A stretch of DNA of 64,000 nucleotides from Gammaproteobacteria bacterium (lineage in GTDB: Bacteria; Pseudomonadota; Gammaproteobacteria; GCA-2400775), in contig JAADIY010000038.1 of the NCBI GenBank assembly GCA_013151045.1, forward strand, positions 311-64,310. The letters run 5' to 3'. The notes beneath the pieces are model-generated. The model was not told the origin of the DNA. It saw only the letters and a program-made list of their open reading frames with translations, and ran no database searches. Shown here piece after piece: positions 10,823 to 21,438 of this stretch (its first letter is position 1; every line of letters begins with the position of its first letter). Position numbers and translations under genes: made by a program.

Positions 10823-12088
10823 TTGACAGCATTAATCGCCATCGGAATTAACCACAAAACTGCGCCGCTTGAAGTTCGTGAGCGCGTTGCGTTTGCACCT
10901 GAGCGTATGGTTGATGCCTTACATGAAATTATTGGCAAAACTCCCGCTAGTGAAGCCAGCATACTGTCCACTTGTAATCGCACCGAATTGTTATGCTCAG
11001 CCGAACCTAGCGATAGCGAACATATTGTCAGTTGGTTTCGTGATTACCATGGCCTGACCCAAGAAGAAGTCGAACCCTATCTCTACGTCTTTCCCGCACA
11101 CAATGCAGTGCGGCACTTAATGCGCGTGGCAAGCGGATTAGACTCAATGGTATTAGGCGAACCGCAAATACTGGGGCAAGTAAAAGATGCCTACAGTAGC
11201 GCTAAAGAAGCCGGCACAGCGGGGCGTCTGCTTAACGGTGTTTATCAGCATGTCTTTTCTGTTGCTAAACAAGTACGTACTGATACGGCTATTGGCTCTA
11301 GCCCAGTATCGGTTGCCTTTGCCGCTGTCAGCCTCGCTAAACAATTGTTTTCTAACTTTGAAAAACATACCGCACTACTTATCGGTGCGGGCGAAACCAT
11401 AGAACTCACCGCTAAGCATCTTAGTGAAGCCGGTATGGGCAATTTAATTATTGCCAACCGCACGTTAGAACGCGCGCAAAAACTAACCCATTCATTAGGC
11501 GGCAAAGCCATTACGCTTGCCGAGATGCCGGATCATTTACAAAACGCCGATATCGTTATTTCTTCTACCGCGAGCCAACTACCTATTCTTGGTAAAGGCG
11601 CCGTTGAACGTGCTTTAAAGCAGCGCAAACATAAACCCATATTAATGATTGATATCGCCGTACCTCGCGATATCGAACCCGAAGTTAATCAGCTCGATGA
11701 CATTTATCTTTACAGTGTTGATGACTTGCAAGAGATCATCAACGAAGGCTTACGCTCACGCCAACAAGCCGCCGAACAAGCCGAAGAAATTATTAATGTA
11801 CAAGTGCTTCACTTTAATGGTTGGTTGCAATCACTTGATGCTGGCTTAACGATTGGCACTTACCGCCAAAACGCCGAACAACTGCGTGATGATGAATTGC
11901 AAAAAGCTTTGCAACTGATAGAACGTGGCGTTAACGCCGACGAAGTCATTAAACGTTTTGCTTACAACCTAACTAATAAATTGATTCATCACCCCAGCTC
12001 GCAAATGAAAAAAGCCAGCTATGAGGGACGTAACAATGTTATCGATGTTGCGCGCGAATTACTTGGCATTAAAGACCTCGACAACTAA
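10823..12088 (+). CDS. hemA: glutamyl-tRNA reductase
   Basis: Six-frame ORF starts 10739 but HemA homology begins at TTG 10823 (MTALIAIGINHKTAPLEVRERV matches canonical HemA N-terminus); NADP Rossmann motif GAGETIE. Confidence 0.88.
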   Translation: MTALIAIGINHKTAPLEVRERVAFAPERMVDALHEIIGKTPASEASILSTCNRTELLCSAEPSDSEHIVSWFRDYHGLTQEEVEPYLYVFPAHNAVRHLMRVASGLDSMVLGEPQILGQVKDAYSSAKEAGTAGRLLNGVYQHVFSVAKQVRTDTAIGSSPVSVAFAAVSLAKQLFSNFEKHTALLIGAGETIELTAKHLSEAGMGNLIIANRTLERAQKLTHSLGGKAITLAEMPDHLQNADIVISSTASQLPILGKGAVERALKQRKHKPILMIDIAVPRDIEPEVNQLDDIYLYSVDDLQEIINEGLRSRQQAAEQAEEIINVQVLHFNGWLQSLDAGLTIGTYRQNAEQLRDDELQKALQLIERGVNADEVIKRFAYNLTNKLIHHPSSQMKKASYEGRNNVIDVARELLGIKDLDN

Positions 12089-12142
12089 GCACCAACACCT
12101 AAACATATTGTTCACCACAGACCTCACACTCGGAAATTTACA

Positions 12143-13231
12143 GTGAAACCCACCATTATTGCCAAGCTCGAAAACATCGGCGAACGCCTAGAAGAACTCA
12201 GCGCATTACTCGCTGATCCTGGCGTTATGAGTGATCAAAATCGTTTCCGCAGCCTATCGCAAGAATATTCTAAGCTCGAGCCCGTGGTTCAGTGTTTCAA
12301 TAACTATAAACAAACACTCAACGATATTGATGGCGCTAAAGAACTGTTGAAAGACAGCGATCTTGACGTACGCGAAATGGCTAAAGAAGAATTCAACGAT
12401 AGCGAAACACGGAAAGAAGAATTAGAACAAGAACTACAGGTTTTATTGCTGCCTACCGACCCTCACGATGACAGCAATATCTTTTTAGAAGTCCGCGCCG
12501 GTACTGGCGGCGACGAAGCCGCTATTTTTGCCGGCGATCTATATCGTATGTATTCCCGCTATGCTGAAAACAAAGGTTGGCAAATTGAACTCATCAATAG
12601 TAACGCAGGTGAACATGGCGGCTTTAAAGAAATCATTGTGCGCTTAATTGGCCAAGGTGCTTATTCACGCTTGAAATTTGAGTCTGGCGCGCATCGCGTA
12701 CAACGTGTACCGGAAACCGAATCACAAGGCCGCATTCATACCTCGGCTTGCACCGTAGCCGTGATGCCCGAAGCTGATGAGATTGCAGAAATTGAAATAA
12801 ATCCATCAGACCTGAAAGTTGATACCTTTCGTGCCTCAGGCGCTGGTGGCCAGCACGTTAACAAAACCGACTCAGCAGTACGACTCACGCATTTACCTAC
12901 TGGTGTCGTGGTCGAATGCCAAGATGAGCGCTCGCAACATAAAAACCGCGCACGCGCGATGTCCGTATTAAAAGCTAGACTCCTCTCCGCTGAAGAAGAA
13001 AAGAAAGCGCAAGCCGAATCTGACACACGCCGCCAACTGGTCGGCAGTGGCGACCGTTCTGGTCGCATACGCACCTATAATTTTCCACAAGGCCGCGTTA
13101 CCGATCATCGCATCAATCTAACTTTGTATAAGCTCGAAGACATGATGCAAGGCAATGCCGATATGGTGATCGATGAACTCATCAAAGAACACCAGGCCGA
13201 CCAACTCGCCGCCATGTCTGACGACAGCTAA
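12143..13231 (+). CDS. prfA: peptide chain release factor 1
   Basis: 362 aa; GGQ motif ([16 protein letters not shown]); hemA-prfA-prmC synteny; GTG start. Confidence 0.93.
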   Translation: MKPTIIAKLENIGERLEELSALLADPGVMSDQNRFRSLSQEYSKLEPVVQCFNNYKQTLNDIDGAKELLKDSDLDVREMAKEEFNDSETRKEELEQELQVLLLPTDPHDDSNIFLEVRAGTGGDEAAIFAGDLYRMYSRYAENKGWQIELINSNAGEHGGFKEIIVRLIGQGAYSRLKFESGAHRVQRVPETESQGRIHTSACTVAVMPEADEIAEIEINPSDLKVDTFRASGAGGQHVNKTDSAVRLTHLPTGVVVECQDERSQHKNRARAMSVLKARLLSAEEEKKAQAESDTRRQLVGSGDRSGRIRTYNFPQGRVTDHRINLTLYKLEDMMQGNADMVIDELIKEHQADQLAAMSDDS

Positions 13232-13235
13232 TACT

Positions 13236-14175
13236 ATGGCAACACTTGCCAACGCCTTAGCAAATGCCACGCAACGTTTAGAGCACATATCAGATAGCGC
13301 ACGACTTGATGCCGAATTACTCGCCGGCCATTCCTTAGGCATGTCACGCGCACAACTCTTTACTCGCGATAGGGACATTATCAGCGCTGAATCCCTAGCT
13401 GCTTACGAGCCCTTAATACAACGTCGTGAACAAGGTGAACCTGTTGCCTATATTATCGGTAAACGTGAATTCTGGTCATTGGAACTCACCGTCAATGAGC
13501 ACACGCTCATTCCACGCCCTGAAACAGAATTACTCGTAGAATTAGCACTGAAATTTACCGATAAGAAGCAATTTTTTCACATTGCAGACCTTGGTACAGG
13601 TAGCGGTGCTATAGCACTTGCCATTGCTAAAGAACGTCACAACAGCGCTATCGACGCCTGCGACATCTCAACCCAAGCCTTGGCTACTGCAAGACTAAAT
13701 GCCCAACAGCACAATATCAATAATATTGAATTCATACAGAGCGATTGGTTTCAAAACCTGGCTCAAAAAAAATACGATTTAATTATTAGTAACCCCTTAT
13801 GTCGCGCCTGACGATAAACATCTACAACAAGGTGATGTCCGCTTTGAGCCAAAAACAGCGTTAAGCGCAGAGAATAATGGTTACGCCGATTTATTTAACA
13901 TTGCTGACCAAGCAAGAAATTATCTAACAAACAATGCTTATTTATTATTTGAGCACGGCTATGATCAACAGACTAAGCTAATCGAAGAGTTAAAAAACCT
14001 TGGCTACGTTGATGTCAAAGGACATAATGATTACGCACAACAAGCACGCGCCGTTAGCGCACAATGGAGAATGATAAATGATAAAAACGATCACACTGCC
14101 TCGCACTATGGTGAATGCCTTATTACACCAGGCGCAGCTTGCTGGCAAAAAGACAGCGCTAGGTTTAATTACCGA
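13236..14175 (+). pseudogene. prmC: release factor glutamine N5-methyltransferase PrmC/HemK, disrupted by frameshift in NPPY motif
   Basis: Frame 1 (13236-13811) ends ...LIISNPLCRA*; +1 frame continues with PYVAPDDKHLQQGDVRFEP... ; the catalytic NPPY codons read aaccccttat (13791-13800) i.e. two C missing from a C-run. Could be genuine pseudogene or sequencing error. Confidence 0.6.
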
Positions 14176-14449
14176 AAAAAATAATCAGGTGATCGGCCAC
14201 TACCCTTTCAGCGAAAGCATAAATTCCAGTGATATTAAAAAAACACTAGCAGAAATTCAAAACAATAACGAACAAATTTTTGCCGTCTATCGCTCAGGTG
14301 ATAATGAACAACACAAACTGCTTAATAAGGCTGTCGACAATAAAAACCTATTGCAGATGTCAATTTCACAAGACATAAAAGGCGTACTGCAACTTACCGG
14401 CGAACACGAAAAAACTGGGGCCAATGAAATACAGCTACTTATTAGCTAG
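14078..14449 (+). CDS. hypothetical protein (123 aa), AT-rich
   Basis: ORF with low GC relative to flanks; overlaps extended prmC 3' end; weak resemblance to a degenerate JAB/MPN-like N-terminal region only, not reliable. Confidence 0.4.
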   Translation: MIKTITLPRTMVNALLHQAQLAGKKTALGLITEKNNQVIGHYPFSESINSSDIKKTLAEIQNNNEQIFAVYRSGDNEQHKLLNKAVDNKNLLQMSISQDIKGVLQLTGEHEKTGANEIQLLIS

Positions 14450-14480
14450 AAATAGAAATACATCGTTAGAAGCCTAGAAT

Positions 14481-15029
14481 CTACCTCGCACCTTCTGCAT
14501 AGGCTCCCAAATCAAATCTACCTAAAGGCTCTTTCAAGCGGCCATTTACTAACCGACCAATGATCTTGTTCATCCCATAAACCCAACCCAAAATGGGTGC
14601 AAGCATTATAAACGGTGGTGTCATTATAAAGTGTTTCACTAAAGTAACATTCATTGAGAAAAATACGTTTCTAATTATTTCCCTCTGATCAGCATCGAGA
14701 TTTGATATTTTTCTCTCTAGTCTTTGATCAAAAGTCTCTTCATCTATCTGTTCATAAGTTTTATCAACAAGCAAAAAAGCTACCATATGCAGGAAACTTA
14801 TTCTATGCGAATAGCGAATAACACCATTCATCGTACTTCTGAGCATCCCATACGCATCATGATCAAATGGAATGTTATTTTCTACAGCCTGATCAAACAA
14901 ATCATCTCGCAAAGAAAATAAATCTTGTCTTAATTTATCCAATAAATAATCAGGATATAGCCAAAACAAAACCACAACTATCCCCAAAATGGATAACAAC
15001 GATAATATACTCATCAACTCAGCATTCAT
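14481..15029 (-). CDS. hypothetical membrane protein (182 aa), second gene of AT-rich two-gene module
   Basis: N-terminal TM helix (ILSLLSILGIVVVLFWLY), C-terminal hydrophobic segment; ATGA start/stop overlap with upstream gene 15026-15430. Confidence 0.55.
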   Translation of the reverse strand: MNAELMSILSLLSILGIVVVLFWLYPDYLLDKLRQDLFSLRDDLFDQAVENNIPFDHDAYGMLRSTMNGVIRYSHRISFLHMVAFLLVDKTYEQIDEETFDQRLERKISNLDADQREIIRNVFFSMNVTLVKHFIMTPPFIMLAPILGWVYGMNKIIGRLVNGRLKEPLGRFDLGAYAEGAR

Positions 15030-15430
15030 AAGATATCCTCAGGTCTACTATCACCGCGAGTAGTTAAGTTACTAGTTGATCTACTCGGATCAATTTTCAA
15101 CTCCAACTCGATAATCCTTGTCTGAAGCTTTTCTACTGTATCTTTACGCAATTTCTTTTGAAGAAAACCATAAATCACTGATATCACCGCAGTTACTACT
15201 ATAATAGTAACACTAACTTCCACTTCACCAAGAAATGATATTCCTATATCGGCTAATGTCGTATTTCCTGCAAGTGCATCAATTGATAAATAAATATAAC
15301 GTGCCAATAATACAATGGCGCCCCATTTTATTAAACTATTGGTAATAGAGACTAACCCCTCCATCAACCTTGATTTACGTAAGGACTTAAGATCAACTTC
15401 GAGTTCAGACCGTGATTTTCGCTTTCCCAA
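15026..15430 (-). CDS. hypothetical membrane protein (134 aa), first gene of AT-rich two-gene module
   Basis: TTG start preceded by AAGGAG SD (8-nt spacing); basic N-terminus, one or two TM helices, C-terminal coiled-coil-like segment; AT-rich. Confidence 0.5.
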   Translation of the reverse strand: MGKRKSRSELEVDLKSLRKSRLMEGLVSITNSLIKWGAIVLLARYIYLSIDALAGNTTLADIGISFLGEVEVSVTIIVVTAVISVIYGFLQKKLRKDTVEKLQTRIIELELKIDPSRSTSNLTTRGDSRPEDIL

Positions 15431-15482
15431 TTAGTACACTCCTTGTAGAAAAAACAACTATATCTATCCTTCAGATACCTAC

Positions 15483-16913
15483 CTAAGCTAATCTCTTCTT
15501 CAACAACTCATTGACCATCGCCGGATTAGCCTTGCCCTTACTGGCCTTCATTACCTGACCAACGAAGAAACCAAACAATTGTTCTTTACCACCTTTATAG
15601 GCTTCGACTTGGCCAGCATTATTGGCAATCACTTCATCAACGAGTGCTTCAATCGCACCCGCATCCGTGACTTGCTTTAGACCTTTGGCTTCGACAATGG
15701 TATCAACATCACCTTCGCCTGCCCACATGGCTTCGAACACAGTCTTGGCGATTTTCCCTGAGATCGTATTGTCTTTAATGCGGATTAACATACCGCCAAG
15801 CATTTCTGCGTTGACTGGGCTATCTGCTAAGTCTTTATCGTCTTTATTTAAAGATGCAGAAAAATCACCCATTACCCAGTTTGCTGCGAGCTTAGGTTCT
15901 TTACAGACGGCGACCACAGCTTCGTAATAATCAGCAAGCGGTCGGCTATCAGTAAGAATCGTCGCATCGTAATCGGACAAAGCAAACTCATCGACAAAAC
16001 GCTGGCGCTTGACATCGGGTAATTCGGGTAAGGTCTTACGCACACCTTCAACAAAACTTTCTTCCAACTCTACCGGCAATAAATCTGGGTCTGGGAAGTA
16101 ACGATAATCGTTAGCTTCTTCTTTTGATCGCATTGAGCGTGTTTCATCTTTGTCTGAATCATACAAACGTGTTTCTTGAACAATTACGCCGCCGTCTTCT
16201 AAGATCTCTTGCTGACGTTCGATCTCAAAATTAATGGCCTTTTCCATAAAACGGAAAGAGTTAATGTTTTTAATCTCGGCACGCGTGCCAAACTCTTCTT
16301 GGCCTTTTGGTCTTAAAGACACATTAGCATCACAACGGAAGGAGCCTTCTTGCATATTGCCATCGCAGATTTCGAGATAAATTAACAAGCCATGCAATTT
16401 TTTTGCGTAAGCAATGGCTTCTTTTGCTGAGCGCATATCGGGCTCGGTAACGATTTCAATCAACGGTGTGCCAGCACGATTGAGGTCGATTCCACTGTGT
16501 GCGGCAAAACCTTCGTGCATAGATTTACCAGCATCTTCTTCTAGATGCGCACGAGTAATACCTACTGTCTTCGTGCTAGCGTCTTCTTGTACGACATTGA
16601 TTTCGCCTTTACCAACAATAGGCAATTCGAACTGACTAATTTGATAGCCCTTAGGCAAATCTGGATAAAAATAATTTTTCCGTGCGAAAACTGAACGCAT
16701 GCCAATTTCTGCACCAATGGCTAAACCAAATTTCACCGCCATACGCACGGCTTCTTTATTGAGCACTGGCAACTGACCTGGAAAACCTAAATCAACCAAA
16801 CAAGCTTGACTGTTTGGCGCTGCGCCATAAGCCGTCGCTGCGCCAGAGAAAATTTTACTCTTTGTAGAAAGCTGAGCGTGTGTTTCTAGCCCAATGACAA
16901 CTTCCCATTCCAT
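15483..16913 (-). CDS. gatB: Asp-tRNA(Asn)/Glu-tRNA(Gln) amidotransferase subunit B
   Basis: 476 aa, strong GatB similarity throughout; gatCAB operon order. Confidence 0.95.
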   Translation of the reverse strand: MEWEVVIGLETHAQLSTKSKIFSGAATAYGAAPNSQACLVDLGFPGQLPVLNKEAVRMAVKFGLAIGAEIGMRSVFARKNYFYPDLPKGYQISQFELPIVGKGEINVVQEDASTKTVGITRAHLEEDAGKSMHEGFAAHSGIDLNRAGTPLIEIVTEPDMRSAKEAIAYAKKLHGLLIYLEICDGNMQEGSFRCDANVSLRPKGQEEFGTRAEIKNINSFRFMEKAINFEIERQQEILEDGGVIVQETRLYDSDKDETRSMRSKEEANDYRYFPDPDLLPVELEESFVEGVRKTLPELPDVKRQRFVDEFALSDYDATILTDSRPLADYYEAVVAVCKEPKLAANWVMGDFSASLNKDDKDLADSPVNAEMLGGMLIRIKDNTISGKIAKTVFEAMWAGEGDVDTIVEAKGLKQVTDAGAIEALVDEVIANNAGQVEAYKGGKEQLFGFFVGQVMKASKGKANPAMVNELLKKRLA

Positions 16914-16931
16914 ATCGTTAACCTCTAAATA

Positions 16932-18386
16932 CTACGCATAAGCCGACGGAGATTTTTTATGAAAGTCCGTCGCTTGTTGAAACTGGTGAGCAACGTTTAA
17001 CAAACGTGCTTCATCAAAATAATTACCAATTAACTGTAAACCTACTGGCAAGCCATTATCAAAACCTGCTGGTATCGACATACCTGGCAAACCGGCCAAG
17101 TTCACCGCTCCGGTATATAAATCAGACAAATACATCGACACAGGGTCATCGGTCTTTGCGCCAATTTTAAAGGCTGGACTGGGCGCTGTTGGACCCATGA
17201 TGACATCGACTTTTTTAAAGGCTTGCTCGAAATCATCACTGATTAAGCGACGCATTTTTTGTGCTTTTATATAATAAGCATCGTAGTAACCGGCTGATAA
17301 GGCATAGGTGCCTATCATAATGCGACGTTTTACTTCGGCACCGAAACCTTCACTACGTGAATTGACATAGAGTGACTCAAGATCCGTGACATTGTCACTG
17401 CGATAACCATAACGTACGCCATCAAAACGCGATAAGTTCGATGAACATTCTGCTGGTGCAATAACATAATAGGTCGGTATAGCCAGTGCGCTATTCGGCA
17501 AGCTTATCTCTACAACTTCTGCACCGAGCTTTTCATATTCTTTTATCGCTGCCTGCACTACTGCTGCGGTACCGGCCTCTAAACCGTCGCTGAAATACTC
17601 TTTAGGCAAACCAATTTTCAAACCTGCCATGGAATCATTCAATGTCGCTGCATAATTCGGTACTGGCCGATCTAGGCTTGTCGAATCGCGCGTATCAAAA
17701 CCGGCCATCACTCCCAACATTAAAGCGGCGTCTTCAGCATTTTGTGTGAATACTCCGCCCTGATCAAGACTGGATGCAAAAGCGATCATGCCGTAGCGTG
17801 ACACGCGACCATAAGTGGGTTTGATTCCCGTTATGCCACATAGTGATGCTGGCTGGCGAATAGAACCACCCGTATCCGTTCCGGTTGCGGCAGGCACTAA
17901 ACGTGCTGCAACGGCAGCAGCAGAGCCGCCGGATGAGCCACCCGGCACACAATCTAGATTCCAGGGGTTTTTAACGGTACCGTAATAACTGGTTTCATTA
18001 GATGAACCCATAGCGAACTCATCCATATTGGTTTTACCCAGCATCACTAAGCCAGCATCGTTACAGTTTTCAACCACGTGCGCATCGTAAGGTGAAATAA
18101 ACTTATCGAGCATTTTGGATCCGCAACTGGTCTTAACACCTTTGGTGCAAAAAATATCTTTTTGCGCGATTGGCACGCCGGTCAGCGGGCCAGCATCACC
18201 GCTAGCAATTTTTTCATCGGCAGCACGGGCTTGCGTCAGCGCCTCTTCACGCGTGATAGTGACGAAGGCATTGAGCTCTGAATTTTTTTCTTCCAGTCTA
18301 TCTAATAAACTAGAAGTGAGTTCTTCGCTAGAAAACTCTCGGGCTTGCAAGCCGTTTGCGAGTTCAGCGAGACTTTTATTGTGCAT
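16932..18386 (-). CDS. gatA: Glu-tRNA(Gln) amidotransferase subunit A
   Basis: 484 aa amidase-signature protein ([12 protein letters not shown]). Confidence 0.95.
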   Translation of the reverse strand: MHNKSLAELANGLQAREFSSEELTSSLLDRLEEKNSELNAFVTITREEALTQARAADEKIASGDAGPLTGVPIAQKDIFCTKGVKTSCGSKMLDKFISPYDAHVVENCNDAGLVMLGKTNMDEFAMGSSNETSYYGTVKNPWNLDCVPGGSSGGSAAAVAARLVPAATGTDTGGSIRQPASLCGITGIKPTYGRVSRYGMIAFASSLDQGGVFTQNAEDAALMLGVMAGFDTRDSTSLDRPVPNYAATLNDSMAGLKIGLPKEYFSDGLEAGTAAVVQAAIKEYEKLGAEVVEISLPNSALAIPTYYVIAPAECSSNLSRFDGVRYGYRSDNVTDLESLYVNSRSEGFGAEVKRRIMIGTYALSAGYYDAYYIKAQKMRRLISDDFEQAFKKVDVIMGPTAPSPAFKIGAKTDDPVSMYLSDLYTGAVNLAGLPGMSIPAGFDNGLPVGLQLIGNYFDEARLLNVAHQFQQATDFHKKSPSAYA

Positions 18387-18442
18387 GGAAACTTCCTACT
18401 AAAAATTAAAAACCGAAATCAATCAAACAAAGTTCCTGGTGA

Positions 18443-18730
18443 TTATTCAATCACTTTTGGTACGAGATAGAGACCGGCCTCCGTCTCTGGCGCAATCGCT
18501 TGCGCGGCCTCGCGCAAATCAGGCTCGCTCACCACATCGTCGCGCAAACGCTGCACCGCATGAAGCGGATGTGCCATTGGCTCAATATGGTCAGTATCAA
18601 CAGCATTCATTTGCTCCACCCAAGCCATAATATTGGTGAGTTCTGTGGCATACCCCGGAATATCCTCTTCAGCGATACTAATACGGGCTAAATGCGCTAT
18701 TTTTTTTATATCTGAATCTTCAATCGACAT
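18443..18730 (-). CDS. gatC: Glu-tRNA(Gln) amidotransferase subunit C
   Basis: 95 aa GatC; upstream of gatA; divergent from mreB as in Pseudomonas. Confidence 0.9.
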   Translation of the reverse strand: MSIEDSDIKKIAHLARISIAEEDIPGYATELTNIMAWVEQMNAVDTDHIEPMAHPLHAVQRLRDDVVSEPDLREAAQAIAPETEAGLYLVPKVIE

Positions 18731-18749
18731 CTTTCTAATTCCAAGCTAG

Positions 18750-18771
18750 TTGCCGGTTATTGCCGGTTATT
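18750..18771. repeat. tandem direct repeat (ttgccggttat x2) in gatC-mreB divergent intergenic region
   Basis: Exact 10-11 bp unit repeated twice back to back. Confidence 0.6.
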
Positions 18772-18845
18772 TTCGTTAAATTACTACAGACAATCTGTCA
18801 ACGCGCCAAGGTACCACAGTTATTATCTTGCCCAAAGCCCTATAA

Positions 18846-19937
<1,092 letters not shown>

Positions 19938-20056
19938 TGCGTAAACGAGCCGTTTACTTGACACTAAGCTAGAGGCGACTCATTAATCCGATTTTCTCAC
20001 ACGGTCCGTCAACCAATTTACGCTTATTAATCGCGCTAACACTGGCGATCGCTTTA

Positions 20057-20932
20057 ATGGCAACGGACTATAAAAAAGACTATTTAACCGGTCTACGCAC
20101 CACTTTGTCTGCGGCCTTATACCCTATTCAGGTAGTGGTAGACCTGCCTCGCAGTGGCGGTAACTGGCTTAAGGAGACGTTTTCTTCGCGCCAACAATTA
20201 CAGGAAGAAAACGCCAGCTTACGCGCGCAAAATCTGCTGCTTGAAACCCGTCTGCAAAAATACGATGCCTTATTAGCTGAGAACAATCGCCTAAGAGAAC
20301 TGCTCGACTCATCCAGCAAAGTTAACGAAGACGTCCTCATTGCTGAAATATTATCCATAGACCTGGAGCCCTTCACCCGTCGTATTATCATCAACAAAGG
20401 CGATATCGAAGGCGTATTTCTTGAACAACCCTTACTCGACGCCAATGGCATATTGGGGCAGGTGGTTAGTATTGGCGCTTTTAGCAGCACGGCGATGCTG
20501 ATCACCGACCCTAGCCATGCATTGCCTGTGCAATCGCTACGCACCGGCGCACGTGCCATTGCCGTCGGTATCGCTACAGGCAATCAGCTCAAGCTTGAGC
20601 ATATCCCGAATAATGCAGATATTAAAATTGGTGACGTCTTAGTCACCTCAGGCTTAGGTGGCCGTTTCCCAGTTGGCTACCCTGTTGGCACTATTACCAC
20701 TTTTGAAATCGACCCCAGCCAACCTTTTGCCAAAGTCAGCGCCAAACCCAATGCTGATATTGAACATGTTCGAGAAGTCTTACTTGTGAGAAACAAACCG
20801 CCTACTCTCAACATTGAACACACTAATGAACTAAGCGAAGAGTTATCGGGCGAACCAACTCATTCTATTGTCGATGATGAACAAGATAGCACTGTCATTG
20901 ATACCCTCGATAACCAGGACGGCGAACAATGA
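20057..20932 (+). CDS. mreC: rod shape-determining protein MreC
   Basis: Coiled-coil then beta-rich domain typical of MreC; note conserved N-terminal segment (INPIFSHGPSTNLRLLIALTLAIAL) lies in frame upstream of this ATG (from ~19982) without a canonical start codon. Confidence 0.8.
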   Translation: MATDYKKDYLTGLRTTLSAALYPIQVVVDLPRSGGNWLKETFSSRQQLQEENASLRAQNLLLETRLQKYDALLAENNRLRELLDSSSKVNEDVLIAEILSIDLEPFTRRIIINKGDIEGVFLEQPLLDANGILGQVVSIGAFSSTAMLITDPSHALPVQSLRTGARAIAVGIATGNQLKLEHIPNNADIKIGDVLVTSGLGGRFPVGYPVGTITTFEIDPSQPFAKVSAKPNADIEHVREVLLVRNKPPTLNIEHTNELSEELSGEPTHSIVDDEQDSTVIDTLDNQDGEQ

Positions 20933-21411
20933 TGGGGGGACGTGGCGGTTTTACCATCTTACTGAGTTTTGCTGTGGCAATTGCCTTAATGATTGTATCC
21001 TTACCATCGTGGATCGCTTGGGCACGACCTGACTGGCTCGCACTAGCGCTTATCTATTGGTGCATCGCCCTGCCACATCGCATTGGTATTTTCAGTGGTT
21101 TTACTGCTGGCTTAGCGCTCGATGTCATTCGTGGCGGATTACTTGGCCAATACGCGGCTGCCTATACCGTTATCGCCTTTCTCGCGATCAAGCTACATCG
21201 ACGTATGCGCCATTTCCCAGTTTGGCAGCAAGCGCTGACTGTATTTTTAATACTATTATTGGGGCAACTGACTATTCTCTGGATTAAGGGTATTATCGAT
21301 GAACCCGTACCTATACTCTATTATTGGATACCGTCATTTACCGGCTTGCTAGTATGGCCTGTTGTCTTTATTGTTTTACGCTCTATCCGCCGCAACTTCC
21401 ACGTACAATAG
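20929..21411 (+). CDS. mreD: rod shape-determining protein MreD
   Basis: 160 aa polytopic membrane protein immediately after mreC; MreD-like N-terminus. Confidence 0.85.
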   Translation: MMGGRGGFTILLSFAVAIALMIVSLPSWIAWARPDWLALALIYWCIALPHRIGIFSGFTAGLALDVIRGGLLGQYAAAYTVIAFLAIKLHRRMRHFPVWQQALTVFLILLLGQLTILWIKGIIDEPVPILYYWIPSFTGLLVWPVVFIVLRSIRRNFHVQ

Positions 21412-21438
21412 AATGTCTTTTTGCAGACATAGTTAATC

